Positions 63,501-64,000 of a DNA stretch of 64,000 nt are shown in pieces; position 1 is the first letter of the stretch, and the number at the start of each line of letters is the position of its first letter. Under the pieces are notes generated by a model. The model did not search any database and was not told the origin of the DNA. It saw only the letters and a program-made list of their open reading frames with translations. Both the position numbers and the translations under genes were made by a program. The stretch is from Eledone cirrhosa. Lineage: Eukaryota. The stretch is from the NCBI GenBank assembly GCA_964016885.1, contig OZ024744.1, positions 2,294,001 to 2,358,000 on the forward strand, given 5' to 3'.

Positions 63501-64000
63501 TCTTCACTAAGCTATCTTTCTCTACCCATTCTTCCCTCAAAACTTTGTTCTTCACCAAGCTATCTTTCTCTACCTTGTCTTCCCTCAAAACTTCGTTCTT
63601 CATCAAGCTATCTTTCTCTACCTTGTCTTCCCACAAAACTTCGTTCTTCACCAAGCTATCTTTCTCTACCTTGTCTCCCCTCAAAACGTCGTTCTTCACC
63701 AAGCTATCTTTCTCTACCCATTCTTCCATCAAAACATCGTTCTTCACCAAGCTATCTTTCTCTACCTTGTCTCCCCCAAAAGTTCGTTCTTCACCAAGCT
63801 ATCTTTCTCTACCTTATCTTCCCTCAACACTTCGTTCTTCATCAAGCTATCTTTCTCTACCTTGTCTTCACTCAAAACGTCGTTCTTCACCAAGCTATCT
63901 TTCTCTACCTTGTCTTCCCCCAACACTTCGTTCTTCATCAAGCTATCTTTCTCTACCTTGTCTTCCCTCAAAACGTCGTTCTTCACCAAGCTATCTTTCT

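Larger units (their letters stand above)
1..64000. repeat. 48-bp tandem satellite array, ~1,330 head-to-tail monomers, extending beyond both window edges
   Basis: The consensus CTCTACCTTGTCTTCCCTCAAAACTTCGTTCTTCACCAAGCTATCTTT recurs every 48 nt from base 1 to 64000. Monomers usually differ by only a few substitutions, with occasional 46/47/49/52-bp units. All translated frames show 16-aa periodicity. No non-repeat segment or orientation switch was seen. Confidence 0.99.

Noticed and set aside
1528-63989. Minus-strand K/E-rich ORFs as a tandem gene family or antigenic-variation cassettes
   Set aside because: Their boundaries are simply indel or stop alleles of the satellite. There are no intergenic regions, signal peptides, promoters, recombinase genes or expression site in the window.
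1-64000. CRISPR or CRISPR-like repeat-spacer array
   Set aside because: There are no unique spacers, as the variable part differs by only a few bases between units. No palindromic repeat, leader or cas genes are present.
1-64000. Telomeric repeat or G-quadruplex array (CCCTCAAAA / CCCCCAAAA resembles CCCTAAA or C4A4)
   Set aside because: There is only one such motif per 48 bp and it is never tandem. The G-runs on the minus strand are ~45 nt apart, too far for a canonical G4.
1-64000. Whole array as a sequencing or assembly artefact, or a synthetic construct
   Set aside because: Linked variants and indels are inherited hierarchically across copies of graded divergence, as expected from natural evolution. 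Only the youngest near-identical duplications need read-level validation.
1-64000. tRNA, rRNA, structured ncRNA, transposon ends or terminators
   Set aside because: There is no non-satellite sequence, and with 3 G per 48 nt the monomer has almost no self-complementarity beyond AGCT.

Overview
The whole 64,000-bp window is one uninterrupted head-to-tail satellite array of a 48-bp monomer, about 1,330 copies in the same orientation. The + strand consensus is CTCTACCTTGTCTTCCCTCAAAACTTCGTTCTTCACCAAGCTATCTTT (75% pyrimidine, 3 G per 48 nt, ~42% GC). I found no unique sequence, gene, RNA gene, transposon, CRISPR spacer or inversion. The giant ORFs are explained by the repeat: the monomer length is a multiple of 3 and the consensus has no stop in any + frame or in one - frame. 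The informative structure lies in the monomer variants. These show degenerate ~17-bp sub-repeats within the monomer, fixed multi-monomer 'words' reused in shuffled order, near-identical 1.8-5.9 kb tandem duplications (nascent higher-order repeats, HORs), and 10-25 kb domains with complementary variant sets that alternate along the array. It looks like eukaryotic heterochromatic, possibly (peri)centromeric or subtelomeric, satellite DNA. I cannot name the family or organism, and I cannot support a novel gene system here. Coordinates and counts were derived by eye and from offsets in the ORF track, so they are approximate.
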